Shown: positions 51,793-61,880, counted from the stretch's first letter. The stretch is 64,000 bases of DNA from Methanobacteriota archaeon (GCA_963720465.1 OY970393.1:32001-96000); one strand, 5' to 3'. Numbers and translations are program-made. Notes: generated by a model not told the origin, from the sequence alone.

Positions 51793-52815
51793 ATGTCGTC
51801 AATGAAGGCCGTTCAAATTAGCAAGCCAGGCGGTGATTTCGAATTAGTGCAAAAGGAAATCCCACAGCCCATCGAGAACGAAGTACACATTAAAGTGCAA
51901 GCCTGCGGCGTTTGCCACGGAGAAGCCGTAGTAAAAGAGGGAACCTTTCCTGATATCAAGTATCCCAGAGTTCCAGGACATGAAGTTGTTGGGACAATTG
52001 ATAAACTCGGTTCGAATGTTTCTTTCTGGGAGATTGGCCAACGAGTGGGAGTTGGATGGTACGGAGGGCCGTGCCTTGAGTGCGAGGCGTGCCGAATGGG
52101 AGACCCCAGTGCGTGTACGAGCTTCTTAACCACGGGGATTTCATTTGATGGCGGCTTTGCCGAATACATGGTCGTGCCAATACAAGCGTTGTCAATGATA
52201 CCCCGCGAGCTCAACTCGTTAGAAGCGGCACCCCTGCTGTGTGCCGGTCGGACAAGTTTTAGTGCATTGCGTTACAGCGGTGCTAAGGCCGGTGATCTGG
52301 TAGCGATCCTAGGCCTCGGAGGCCTTGGCCATTTAGGGGTGCAGTTCGCCCGAAAGCTCGGTTTTAAGACGGTGGCACTATCGCGCGGCACAGATAAACA
52401 GGAGTTGGCTTATACATTAGGTGCGCACGTCTATATTGATACCGAGTCTTCAAATCCGGCGATGGAGCTCCAAAAACTTGGCGGCGCACGAGTTATTCTG
52501 GCTACCGCGCCCAACGGTAAGTTGATCTCGGACGTCGTAAACGGCCTTGGTTTTGAGGGCGAGCTGATAGTAGTCGCCTATCCTGGCGAACCGGTACAAG
52601 CGTTTGCGTGGCAGATGTTAGGCGAACGGCGTTCGATCAAGGGATGGACCGTCAGACCGGCAAAACATATGTCGGAAGACGTGCTGAATTTTAGTGTTAT
52701 TTCCGGGGCGCTACCGATGATTGAAGTTTTTCCGTTAGAGCAAGCGGCATTGGCATACGAGAAGATGATGACCGCCAAAGTACATTTTAGGGCAGTATTA
52801 AAGGTCGGTGACTGA
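51793..52815 (+). CDS. Zn-dependent alcohol dehydrogenase (AdhP-like)
   Basis: CGVCH, PGHE, CLECEAC..C, APLLCAG, GLGGLGH. Confidence 0.93.
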   Translation: MSSMKAVQISKPGGDFELVQKEIPQPIENEVHIKVQACGVCHGEAVVKEGTFPDIKYPRVPGHEVVGTIDKLGSNVSFWEIGQRVGVGWYGGPCLECEACRMGDPSACTSFLTTGISFDGGFAEYMVVPIQALSMIPRELNSLEAAPLLCAGRTSFSALRYSGAKAGDLVAILGLGGLGHLGVQFARKLGFKTVALSRGTDKQELAYTLGAHVYIDTESSNPAMELQKLGGARVILATAPNGKLISDVVNGLGFEGELIVVAYPGEPVQAFAWQMLGERRSIKGWTVRPAKHMSEDVLNFSVISGALPMIEVFPLEQAALAYEKMMTAKVHFRAVLKVGD

Positions 52816-52827
52816 CGGGAGGTCAAC

Positions 52828-53535
52828 ATGCAAGACATCTTAAAACTTATCCAGGAAAGGCACTCAGCAAGGGCTCCCTTCGATCCGCAACGCCCCGTAG
52901 CGACGCAGGATCTAAGGCAGATTTTGGAGGCGGCGCGTTCGTCGCCTACCGCCCACAACATGCAGAACTTTGAAATAGTCGTCGTTGATGATACGAAGCT
53001 TCTGGAAACGTTGGGAAAAATTGAATCTCATATCTCGGAGGAGTTCATTCAGGAGAACTATCAGCAGCTCTCGTTTTCGGAAGAGGAGTTACGTCAAAAA
53101 AAGGTCGGGATCCTCGGCACTATGTTTCCGCCGACATGGACGGATCCTGCTAAGGTGGACGAGGCCGTTCGTGAGACTTCGTTTCTGAACCGAACCATTA
53201 GAGGCAGTCCGGTGCTTCTGATCGTGATCTACGATCCAAAGAAAAGAGCGCCTGCTTCGGAGGGTGATGTTTTGGGTTTTATGAGCCTCGGTTGTGTCAT
53301 GGAGAACATGTGGCTTATGGCGCAGTCCCTGGGGATTGGTTTCATGATAATGAGTGTCTTCAGCGCAGACTCAATTGAGGATGAGGTGAAACGAGTTCTG
53401 AATATTCCCGAAAACGTGAAGATCGCCTTCACCTGCCGCATGGGGTACCCTGTCTCTGAGCCAGCTAAATATCTAAGAGTGCGCCGTGACGTGGAGGATT
53501 TCACCCACTATAACCGATTTGGTGACAGGGCATAG
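52828..53535 (+). CDS. Nitroreductase-family protein
   Basis: RHSAR, AARSSPTAHNMQ, ENMWLMAQSLGIG, MGYP. Confidence 0.9.
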   Translation: MQDILKLIQERHSARAPFDPQRPVATQDLRQILEAARSSPTAHNMQNFEIVVVDDTKLLETLGKIESHISEEFIQENYQQLSFSEEELRQKKVGILGTMFPPTWTDPAKVDEAVRETSFLNRTIRGSPVLLIVIYDPKKRAPASEGDVLGFMSLGCVMENMWLMAQSLGIGFMIMSVFSADSIEDEVKRVLNIPENVKIAFTCRMGYPVSEPAKYLRVRRDVEDFTHYNRFGDRA

Positions 53536-53843
53536 ACTGCCGTGGTCCCCTCTTTTCAGCTGCTCGCACGTCTCGCGCAAAAGGCATTATAGGCATTTAA
53601 GCCAAGATAGATAAGCTCCTGTGCGTGGAAATTCACGCGTATGTGCCCACTTGCCTCGTCAGCCGGGTCTCGTATTCCGTCGCTTTCAATTCGCGAATAT
53701 GTGCGTTGCGAGACGCGAATTACGGCGGCTGGCAAAAGCCAAAAGGCAACGGTTAAGTCATTGCACAATCTGAAATACACAGTTGACTGCAGTTTTGAGT
53801 AAGGCAGAATGAAATCGAGAACGAAATATGAGGAGGTGGGGAG

Positions 53844-54047
53844 ATGAGCCCACTTAGGATCATAGAGTTTCTATTATTGCTTTGTTTAGTGGTTGGCTTT
53901 GGGTATCTGACGTATCTGAACGGCTTTTACTGGAGCTACGCAGCTGGTATCGTTATTCCATTAATAGTCATAGTCCTTCTACTCATTGAAGATCCAAAAC
54001 AATGGCAAGGCATGGCTTCTAGGTCGAGAAAAGTTCGCCGTATCTGA
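53844..54047 (+). CDS. Small 2-TM protein
   Basis: GGAGGTGG RBS, two hydrophobic helices. Confidence 0.55.
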   Translation: MSPLRIIEFLLLLCLVVGFGYLTYLNGFYWSYAAGIVIPLIVIVLLLIEDPKQWQGMASRSRKVRRI

Positions 54048-54079
54048 CCCGTGTAGCTGTAGATGATGAAACAAAAGGA

Positions 54080-54274
54080 TTGCGCTCGCAACCCGTTCCT
54101 CGCAACGTGCAACCGACTTGCGCGCACAAGATAGGCCTTTATGGTTCGAAGCCGTCTCACGTCTACCCTATCATTCGGCTGCCGCATGAATTCCGTCGAC
54201 TGGCCCGTGCCGCTGCGACGATTTTTGAGACAACGCATAACGATGGACTCGCTTCTCTCATCGGCCCACTGTAA
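54080..54274 (+). pseudogene. YPxIRLP-family copy B3, degenerate
   Basis: HKIGLYGSKPSHVYPIIRLPHEF..IFETTHNDG. Confidence 0.7.
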
Positions 54275-54327
54275 TCGTTAACGGAGCTTTCAGACGCTTT
54301 AAACTACGAAAGAACCATAAAAACGAA

Positions 54328-54370
54328 CCTTGACAGGGGGAAGGTCGCCGGTTTCCCGGCCGAGCACCAT
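54328..54370 (+). repeat. Degenerate 3' half of tRNA-Val(GAC), attR-like
   Basis: CCTTGACAGGGGGAAGGTCGCCGGTTTCCCGGCCGAGCACCAT versus tRNA CCTTGACATGGCGGAGGTCGCCGGTTCGAATCCGGCCGAGCCCAT, followed by a T-run. Confidence 0.8.
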
Positions 54371-54753
54371 TCCCTTTTTTAGTTTACGAATGTCGCAGCG
54401 TGCTTCGATACGGTTCTCGCAGGCAACTTCAAGCTAGTACGGTTCCACGAGGCCAAACTCAAAAGTGCGAGATAGATGATCAATTGCCCGGCTTTCGTCG
54501 ACTTACAGAATCGCGACTGAGCTTGGAACAGTCGTTCTTGCGTTTGCGGGAGGAACTTTGCAGCTACGTGGATGTCCATCTAAAGGCTTGACAACGGTCC
54601 CCGGATGGAATCATTCGATCAGCACCAACTTTGTGGCGCACGGGCGGTATCGAAGGCTCTCAGCAAGCGTCTCGAGCAGGTCTACTTCATATCTTGCGGA
54701 GGGCCTTTTTTCAACAGCTCCTCAATTCGCACAGTCGCTGGAACCGCTTGCTC

Positions 54754-55570
54754 CTAGAGTAGTTCGAAGTTGGCAACGAGGTAGCCAGCATACATGGGGT
54801 CGTCGGTCCACATCATTGAAATGGGCTCATTGAGTGAAGCGCGCGTGATATCGACGTTAATTGAACTCAAACAAATCTTGTTGTCCAATACTCCGAAGGG
54901 TAGCCCACGGTAGCCATCGTAGATGCGTATTTCTTCGCCAATGCCTAACAGTTCTTGCACCAGTTCGATGCCTGAGTACGTGACATCGAATATGATGCCC
55001 TGTGCCTGCCCTCCGCGCTCAATAAGCTTTTTCATTTCGTCGTTTATGCCGAAGAAGGAGGGGCACACTACCAGCTGGGGAACGACGAGCAGCACTTCGT
55101 CCTGTATAGAATTCACGCTGGCTATCGATACAGTGACAAGTTCCTTAACACTCTTGATAATCTTAAACGTCGCCACCTCATCCGACGGCCGAAACCGTTG
55201 CTCCTTTGAAAGCTCCTGCAGCTCCCGCTTTCGCGCCTCCATCTCACGCAGTTCGCTCTCGTGCTTTTTCACAGCAGAGTCAAGCGCCGTATCGAGATCC
55301 ACCGCGGCGTAGAGCGTAGGCGCATCGAGATCCACCGCGGCGTAGAGCGTAGGCGCATCGAGCGAGGGGCGCACCATCCCTTTTCGATAAGGCTGTTAAG
55401 CGTACGATGCACGTCTTCGCGATACGTCTTCGCGATACGTCTTCAGCGATTTGGCGAGCGGAGAAGGCGTCTTTGGACCGTACTTAAGTAAATACAGGTA
55501 GAGTTGCGCCTCTTTTTTCGTTGAGCCCGAACCCAATTAAACGGCGGGTAAACTCCTCATCACTGGTCAT
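54754..55570 (-). pseudogene. TrmB-family transcriptional regulator, frameshifted
   Basis: GFGLNE-KEAQLYLYLLKYGP..LAKSLKTYREDVHRTL HTH split across frames; 13-bp and 33-bp tandem duplications. Confidence 0.78.
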
Positions 55571-55707
55571 CAGTTATCACAACGCACGTGAATCAAGTGG
55601 TAGTATAGAGTAAAGCTTCGAAAAAAGCTTAGGAAGTTCGCGGGCGTTCTTAAGATCGGCCGTATCCGATTTCACTGCCCTTCGACACGGCGGCAAACGA
55701 CTTGTCT

Positions 55708-56562
55708 CTAAATTGTTGTAGTCATCACCAAGGTTATCGGTGCATCAATTTGCGAGGTTGACATTGCTGAAACGCCGACAAGTGTATTTCCTGAAAGACC
55801 GTACCACAAATTAAGACTACTATCTCCAACGGTCCCAGGGGCGTACGCGGAGTAACCTTGCGATTTGTACGCGCTTATCAGTTGATTCTTGAAGGCAAGC
55901 GCGTCTGAATAAGAGTTCATAGGGTAAACTTGTGCGTTATATGTCTTTCCGTTCTCCATAAGCGTACCCACGTAGGCTTGCTTACCATTCGCCGTGACGC
56001 GCTCAAATGGTGAAACCGTGATGAGTCCGGCACCCAGACCAGCGGTATTCAATCTGCTCGCGTAATCGGGCAGGTTTGACGTCGTTTGCTGTGGCGTGGA
56101 TGATGCACTTGGCGTCACCGTTGCCGCCACAGAGGCTGATGTTTGCGGGGTCGGCGTCGTCGCGCCGATCGACGCTCGAATAGTCGGCGAAGCTGCGGAT
56201 CTGTTCGCCGTTTGTTGAGACGCAGATATCGCGCCCGCGACGGTAGATAACAATAAAAGGATTAGCACGCCGTAAAGGATATATCGCTTCTTAAACGGCC
56301 GCCGAGAGGGCTCCTCTGGCGGAGAGGGGTACGATTGCTCACCGCTCAAAGGCTCTTCCGGTGGAGGTGGGGGAGATTCACTGCTCAATCCCGCGTACTT
56401 GCCCCACTCCTCATCGCGTGAAGGCTCTTCCGGTGGAGGTGCGGGAGACGCCTTGGGCGGTGACGTTGCAGGGGCGATGAACGACTCGCCGCAGTCTGCG
56501 CAGATTGCGGCGTACGGTTGATTCCTCGCGCCACAGTTCTTGCAGAACTTTTCGTTATCCAT
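55708..56562 (-). CDS. Zinc-ribbon, Pro-rich, single-TM membrane protein
   Basis: CKNC..CADC, PPPEEP repeats, TM, Ser/Thr linker, external domain. Confidence 0.75.
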   Translation of the reverse strand: MDNEKFCKNCGARNQPYAAICADCGESFIAPATSPPKASPAPPPEEPSRDEEWGKYAGLSSESPPPPPEEPLSGEQSYPSPPEEPSRRPFKKRYILYGVLILLLLSTVAGAISASQQTANRSAASPTIRASIGATTPTPQTSASVAATVTPSASSTPQQTTSNLPDYASRLNTAGLGAGLITVSPFERVTANGKQAYVGTLMENGKTYNAQVYPMNSYSDALAFKNQLISAYKSQGYSAYAPGTVGDSSLNLWYGLSGNTLVGVSAMSTSQIDAPITLVMTTTI

Positions 56563-56736
56563 AACGCGCTCGCAGAGGTAAATCGGTTCACAGAATAGAG
56601 CAAGGCCAGTCTATTCTGAGTGTTCCTACAGTTGTTGGTCCACACACAGACTTAAAGATACCTATTTGTGCCGGCGTTTTGCTGTGGCTACGTGCACATT
56701 CATAGAAACGGGTTTCCCTCGTTGAGACAGACCGCG

Positions 56737-56955
56737 TCAGCCGTAGCTTGAGAGCACGTTCTTCACAAGGCTGTATGGGACGTCCTTTTTGCTATGCAAT
56801 GCAAGCAGTACGATATCCCTGCAAGCGAGTAGTTTTTCAAAATCCTGAGCAGACAGTACGACGCGCTCATCGCCTTGACTCACCGCCAATATGTTTAACG
56901 GCTCGTACGAGTCTGCGATGAAGCGTTCTTTTCTCTTCGTGTCGCGGTTTCCCAT
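56737..56955 (-). CDS. Hypothetical protein
   Basis: 72-aa ORF with ATG start. Confidence 0.45.
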   Translation of the reverse strand: MGNRDTKRKERFIADSYEPLNILAVSQGDERVVLSAQDFEKLLACRDIVLLALHSKKDVPYSLVKNVLSSYG

Positions 56956-57384
56956 TTCATCGCCCCTTTCTGATCATCGTGCCAGATACTCACCAAGCGT
57001 TGCCCCGCTGCGCGTGGCAACTAAGAAGCACCTAGGTACAATACTCGCTAGTACTTCAATAACTTCGCGTAAAAAAGAGCAAGAATATGACGCCAGACAG
57101 AATAATGAACAGTGAAGCGACGTAGATCGGGGCCTGTGCGACAATCTGCGCTGCGAGCGTACTGGTGCGCGGGAGCTAGCGCAACGCTCTATGGCGCGAC
57201 GATCCTTGCCAAAGGAGGGTTTGCGCCGTACGAATGGCCAGCCGGTGCCTGCCACGTCGTGAGTACGACCTTAAAGCGCCCAAGTCGTCGATCTTATTAC
57301 TTATCGTTGCTAAACACGCTGTTTGCCACAACGATCATACTTGCTGATCAACCTTTTTGGCGGGTCCGCCCCGAAGTGCGAAAA

Positions 57385-57708
57385 ATGGAAACGGCGATCA
57401 TCCGTATATTCGAGCAGCGTCTGGACTTCGTGTCTGCAGATGCGGCGATGCAACTTGCTCAGCGATTCACGGACCAGTTCGAAAACATATACGCCCGTCT
57501 GAGCCACGAGGACGTGCCCCCAGAAGAATTAAGCAAAGCGCACAGGTTTCTCTTCGAAGAGATAAAACAGTTAGTCCGGCGCGATCCTCGGTTGGATCTG
57601 CGTTATCCTGATGAGGCAATAAGTAACGTCGCACTAATGCTGGTCGACGACTTGGTGCGAGTCGTTGCGCCCCAGTCGAACGACGCGTTGAAACGACTCT
57701 TGCAATAG
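57385..57708 (+). CDS. Hypothetical helical protein
   Basis: METAIIRIFEQ...; likely start within the longer track ORF. Confidence 0.5.
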   Translation: METAIIRIFEQRLDFVSADAAMQLAQRFTDQFENIYARLSHEDVPPEELSKAHRFLFEEIKQLVRRDPRLDLRYPDEAISNVALMLVDDLVRVVAPQSNDALKRLLQ

Positions 57709-57796
57709 GTCTGGCCGACGCATTGCGCAGAAGCACCAGGTCTAACTTAAGCGGCTGAGTTGTTTTGTTGCGGCGCGATAGAATCTTTTTTAGCGT

Positions 57797-58354
57797 TTAG
57801 CTGGCTTGCTGTAGTGTCGCGTTAAACGTTATCACGACCTCGCTAACTTGGATTATGTAACTGGCAGGAGACGTTGGCTGGTCGCCCTGCATTTTTATAT
57901 ACGAGCTCGTGCTGGGCAGGCTGTTTGTAACACTTAGATAGCTCTGATGCGTATTGCCGGAGCTTGCAGTCCACAGAGCAGGGAAACCAATCAGCTGGGC
58001 AGCTGTTGTAGCGTTGTATCCTTGATTAATGGAGTCGACATAATTGCTGGCATCAGATGCAGAGGTGAACTTCGTGTACTGTGCTGTATACGTGAGGCTT
58101 GCGTTCGTCCCGCTCATCTTGTAGGTCACCATCGCGGTTGTCGCATTGACCCATTGGATTGATTGGTTCAACGTTCGAACCCAGGTGGCGTTGTTATACG
58201 CTTGCAGATCATCGTTGATGACGGCCTGGAGCACTGGATCGTGGGTTGTGCTGCTAGCAGATTGCGAGGTATTCTGCGTGCTGGACGTGCAGCCGGCGGC
58301 TAAAACACTTGCGATTATCGCTGTAGCAATGAGGATGGCGACTCTTGATTTCAT
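57797..58354 (-). CDS. Secreted lipoprotein
   Basis: Lipobox LAAGC, Ser/Thr-rich linker, multiple NxS/T sequons. Confidence 0.75.
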   Translation of the reverse strand: MKSRVAILIATAIIASVLAAGCTSSTQNTSQSASSTTHDPVLQAVINDDLQAYNNATWVRTLNQSIQWVNATTAMVTYKMSGTNASLTYTAQYTKFTSASDASNYVDSINQGYNATTAAQLIGFPALWTASSGNTHQSYLSVTNSLPSTSSYIKMQGDQPTSPASYIIQVSEVVITFNATLQQAS

Positions 58355-58577
58355 AACAGTAAATAAGCGCAGATTCCCCAATTAATAGTTTTCTATTTGC
58401 AAAAAGCAAAGCTGCCCGGCTCTTCTTTTTTAAAAAGAGCATTTTTTCGACTTTTTTTAACGTTTTTTCAGCTTGAACGCGCTCAAATGAGGAATAAGTG
58501 GCACTAGCTGCTTTTCCGGCGCTGGTCGAGAAAACGTGCAACAGCTGTGCACTGGCGTTAGACTCACTGCTTCGTCG

Positions 58578-59363
58578 TCAGTCTTTCGTTTGCCTTGCAA
58601 ACAAGTTAAGGATCTCCATCGGGACGGGAAGCACGATGACGGAGTTGTTCTCCTCACCGATTCGGACCATGGTCTGAAAAAGTCGAAGCTGCAAAGCAGC
58701 AGGTGACTTCTCGATCGTCCGAGCTGCTTCTAATAGCCGATCAGCTGCCATCGCTTCACCTTCTGCAAGCGTGATGCGCGCGCGCCTGTCGCGTTCTGCT
58801 TCAGCTTGGGCGGCCATCGATCGCTTCATTTCCTCAGGGAGCTCGACGTCCTTCAGCTCGACTGATAATACGTGAATGCCCCACGGCATCGTAAACTCGT
58901 CGACAAACTTGCGGATTGTTTCGCCGAGCTCGTCACGTCGAGCGAGGACCGTGTCAAGCTCAGCGGTTCCTACGACGTTCCGCAGACTCGACTGTGCGAG
59001 TTGGTTTATTGCGTACCCGTAGTTGCTTATCTCGATGACCGCCTTGTCTGCCTCGACGACTTTGTAGAAGATCACCGCGTTGATCTGGCACGAGACATTG
59101 TCTTTCGTAATGACCTCCTGCCGCGCAATGTCTAAGGTGTTCACGCGCAAGTCTACTTTCTTGAGCGATTGAAACGCTGGGAACACGTAGCGCAATCCCG
59201 GGGGGTACACGGCCCTAAATGACCCAAAGGTGAATTTCACCCCTCTTTCGTATTGATAGATCACGCGAAGCCCAGTAAGCAGATAAATAGCGATCACCAC
59301 GACGACAAAAGCCGCCACGAGAACGACAGTGCTAAAATCTATTTGAGCAAACATGGACGACAC
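58578..59363 (-). CDS. SPFH/band 7 (slipin/stomatin) protein
   Basis: QYERGV, VDLR, QEVITKDNV, AQAEAERDRRA, ALQLR. Confidence 0.93.
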   Translation of the reverse strand: MSSMFAQIDFSTVVLVAAFVVVVIAIYLLTGLRVIYQYERGVKFTFGSFRAVYPPGLRYVFPAFQSLKKVDLRVNTLDIARQEVITKDNVSCQINAVIFYKVVEADKAVIEISNYGYAINQLAQSSLRNVVGTAELDTVLARRDELGETIRKFVDEFTMPWGIHVLSVELKDVELPEEMKRSMAAQAEAERDRRARITLAEGEAMAADRLLEAARTIEKSPAALQLRLFQTMVRIGEENNSVIVLPVPMEILNLFARQTKD

Positions 59364-59550
59364 CGCTCATTCACATGGCGCACGGGGTGATTAACTTTTC
59401 TAGCAAAAAAAGGTCCCCTAAGCGGCTTCAAAAAAACTGGTGCAGATGCTTATTTCGTTACGAGCCGCCACCGGGGGCATCGAAGAAGGTCTTGATACCC
59501 TCGCTCACGTCCTGGAAGCCCCTGGCGTCAGCGGTGCATTGCTTGCACAC

Positions 59551-60459
59551 CTAAACTGTGCCAACGTATAGGCAGGACTGAATATCCTCTCCAAGTTTTC
59601 CGATTGCATCTGCCCGGCACCGCTTACAATGGCGCATCTGTTTCAAGTATTTTGAACATTCGTCCTGCATTTTATGCTTCATCTCCATTGTTGGCGGTGC
59701 AATATCGGCAAACTTGTATTGTGCAATGAGGGGGATAACGTTGAATGTATACACACCCATTGCGCCTACCTTTTTCGCAATCTCCGGAATATGTTTGTCG
59801 TTGATGCCCGGAATATAGACCGTATTGATTTTCACGATCATATGCCGCTTTACCGCCTCTTCGATGCCTTTTAACTGCTGCGAGAGGAGAATTTTTGCAC
59901 CTTCGATCCCCGTATAGCGTTTGCCCTTGTAATTAATAAACTGGTAGATCTTTGCGCCGATCTCCGGGTCAATGGCGTTAAGGGTGACGGTGACATTGCC
60001 CACATCATATTCCTGGAGCAGGTCGATCTTATCGGGGAGCAATAGTCCGTTTGTACTGAGGCACTTGATAACATTGGGGTACTGCTCGTGAAGACGGCGA
60101 AGCGTTTCAAAGGTCTCTTCATTTGCGAGCGGCTCACCTGGCCCGGCGATCCCTATGACCTTGATATAGCTATATTTGTCAATTACTTCTTTAACTAATT
60201 CCATAGCTTCATCAGGATTTAGTACTTTTGTCGTGACACCAGGGCGGCTCTCGTTCACACAGTCAAAGTCACGAATACAGTAGTTACACTGGATATTGCA
60301 TTTGGGTGCTACCGGAACATGACACCGCCCGAATGTGTGGCACGCTTTTTCGGAAAAGCAGGGATGCTCCTGGATCTTGCGCATCTGTGACGGGTCCCAC
60401 AGGACTTTACTCCCTGCGACATCTGCAATTCTTATTTCGTCAGACATAGTCAACACCAC
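59551..60459 (-). CDS. nifB: NifB radical-SAM protein (short archaeal type, no NifX domain)
   Basis: HPC, CNIQCNYC, ESRPG, AGPGEP, TVTLN, CKRCRADA: the full NifB motif set. Confidence 0.92.
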   Translation of the reverse strand: MVLTMSDEIRIADVAGSKVLWDPSQMRKIQEHPCFSEKACHTFGRCHVPVAPKCNIQCNYCIRDFDCVNESRPGVTTKVLNPDEAMELVKEVIDKYSYIKVIGIAGPGEPLANEETFETLRRLHEQYPNVIKCLSTNGLLLPDKIDLLQEYDVGNVTVTLNAIDPEIGAKIYQFINYKGKRYTGIEGAKILLSQQLKGIEEAVKRHMIVKINTVYIPGINDKHIPEIAKKVGAMGVYTFNVIPLIAQYKFADIAPPTMEMKHKMQDECSKYLKQMRHCKRCRADAIGKLGEDIQSCLYVGTV

Positions 60460-60840
60460 TACGTGCGTTTTAAATAAAGTTCAATTGTGATAGAGTGATC
60501 CACTTCACCCTTAACCACTTTGTTTTCCCATTTGTTTTGAAAGGTTGGCCGTTTCATTATTGATCAAAAAAGGGATCATTCTTATCTCTCAGACTCTCTT
60601 CAGTCATTTTTTTACCCGGTGAATTGAAGAAAACGCTCTGCGCTTGCCTGAGACAGTCGGCACAATTCCGCCGGTTCGGTTCAGAAATCCAAAAAGCGGC
60701 CGAGCGGTTTGCAGAGCATCCAAAAAGTTGTATATATTATTATGAAAACATTAATATTAAAATATTTGCTTGATGTGTCCATTGAGCGCGCACATCAAGC
60801 ACCATAGCATCTCCCCGGAAAACCGGGCCATAACCAGATC

Positions 60841-61218
60841 TTATTCTCCGCCCCAATCTTCTTCGGGAAGTTCGCAGCACTTTCTGAGCGCGTCACGAGC
60901 TGTCGCGACAGCCGGCATGCCTGCCGTGACCACAAGAACCCCCAGCGTGTCTAAGACCTCTTCACGCGAAGCGCCCATGTTCATCGCGGCCTTCATCTGC
61001 GCGGTTGCACAAGCTTCACAGCCCATTGTGGAAACGACTGCGAGGGCGATCAGTCTCTTTGTTTTTGCCGAAATCGCTCCGTCGCTCAGCAGCGTTTTAT
61101 CCATTTCATATATGATATCAAACATCTTCGGATGCGAGTCATAAATGAGCTTCAAAAGCGCTGGCGAGAATCCCATGTCTTTCCTAAGTTCTTTAAGTTC
61201 TACATCTCCAATAGGCAT
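60841..61218 (-). CDS. Carboxymuconolactone decarboxylase/AhpD-family protein
   Basis: DGAISAKTKRLIALAV..CEAC..GASREEV. Confidence 0.82.
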   Translation of the reverse strand: MPIGDVELKELRKDMGFSPALLKLIYDSHPKMFDIIYEMDKTLLSDGAISAKTKRLIALAVVSTMGCEACATAQMKAAMNMGASREEVLDTLGVLVVTAGMPAVATARDALRKCCELPEEDWGGE

Positions 61219-61404
61219 GTTTTCAAACCTCCAGATACTGATAAATGTTATAATATAAATCAATAGTTGAATCGGTGGCAGTGAATTCATGCGGCTGCAG
61301 CAGCTCTAGAAAAGAACTGGCGCCCAAATCAAGAGCCGCGCTGCACGGCGTGGCAGACTAAGGTCCGTTCGCGCGGCTTAACGACGGCCATTATTGCACG
61401 AAAA

Positions 61405-61722
61405 ATGAAAAACGCTGAGGAAGAGGAGTTTCCTGAGGATCGTAAGAAACGCGAGCGTTTAACGGAGCCGGAGGGCTTGCCGAAAGGCGAAGAGTGCCCC
61501 CACTATCCGTGCCATTTCAAAGGACAAGTGTGCGTGTTTTGTTATTGTCCGAAGTACCCGTGTGAGGACTCGCAGCTTGGCAAGTGGATAGTGAGCTCTC
61601 AAGGCGACGTTATTTGGACGTGTATCGACTGCAGGCTGATCCACAAGAAGAGGATAGCGGAATATCTGCGTGACCATCCTGGGGCAACGATCGACGAATT
61701 GAAGCGCATTGACGCCGAGTAG
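61405..61722 (+). CDS. Cysteine-rich small domain protein
   Basis: CPHYPCH..CVFCYCP.YPC..WTCIDC..IH. Confidence 0.78.
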   Translation: MKNAEEEEFPEDRKKRERLTEPEGLPKGEECPHYPCHFKGQVCVFCYCPKYPCEDSQLGKWIVSSQGDVIWTCIDCRLIHKKRIAEYLRDHPGATIDELKRIDAE

Positions 61723-61880
61723 TCGTGCGCGCGACAGTAAAGTCTCGCGGAATCCTTTCCTGCACACAGTCGGGCAGCTGAACACTGGTACTTTCCCGAT
61801 GGACTTGCGGCGTGCCATCAATTTTATATAGAACTGTACGCAATGTAATCACGTCATTTCACGTTTACAGGAGGAAGAGT

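Larger units (their letters stand above)
29958..54370. mobile_element. tRNA-Val-anchored genomic island or array of tandem integration remnants (~24.4 kb), no integrase visible
   Basis: Degenerate direct repeat of the tRNA 3' half at 54328-54370, internal att-like cores at 37.3 and 40.1 kb, mosaic composition, many pseudogenes. Confidence 0.65.

Noticed and set aside
37429-54308. Recurring TTAAACTACG (37429, 42599, 54299)
   Set aside because: Short, and its position relative to the att-like cores is inconsistent
30001-60000. Provirus, IS element or integrase
   Set aside because: No tyrosine/serine recombinase, transposase, capsid, terminase or replication motifs were recognisable in any ORF
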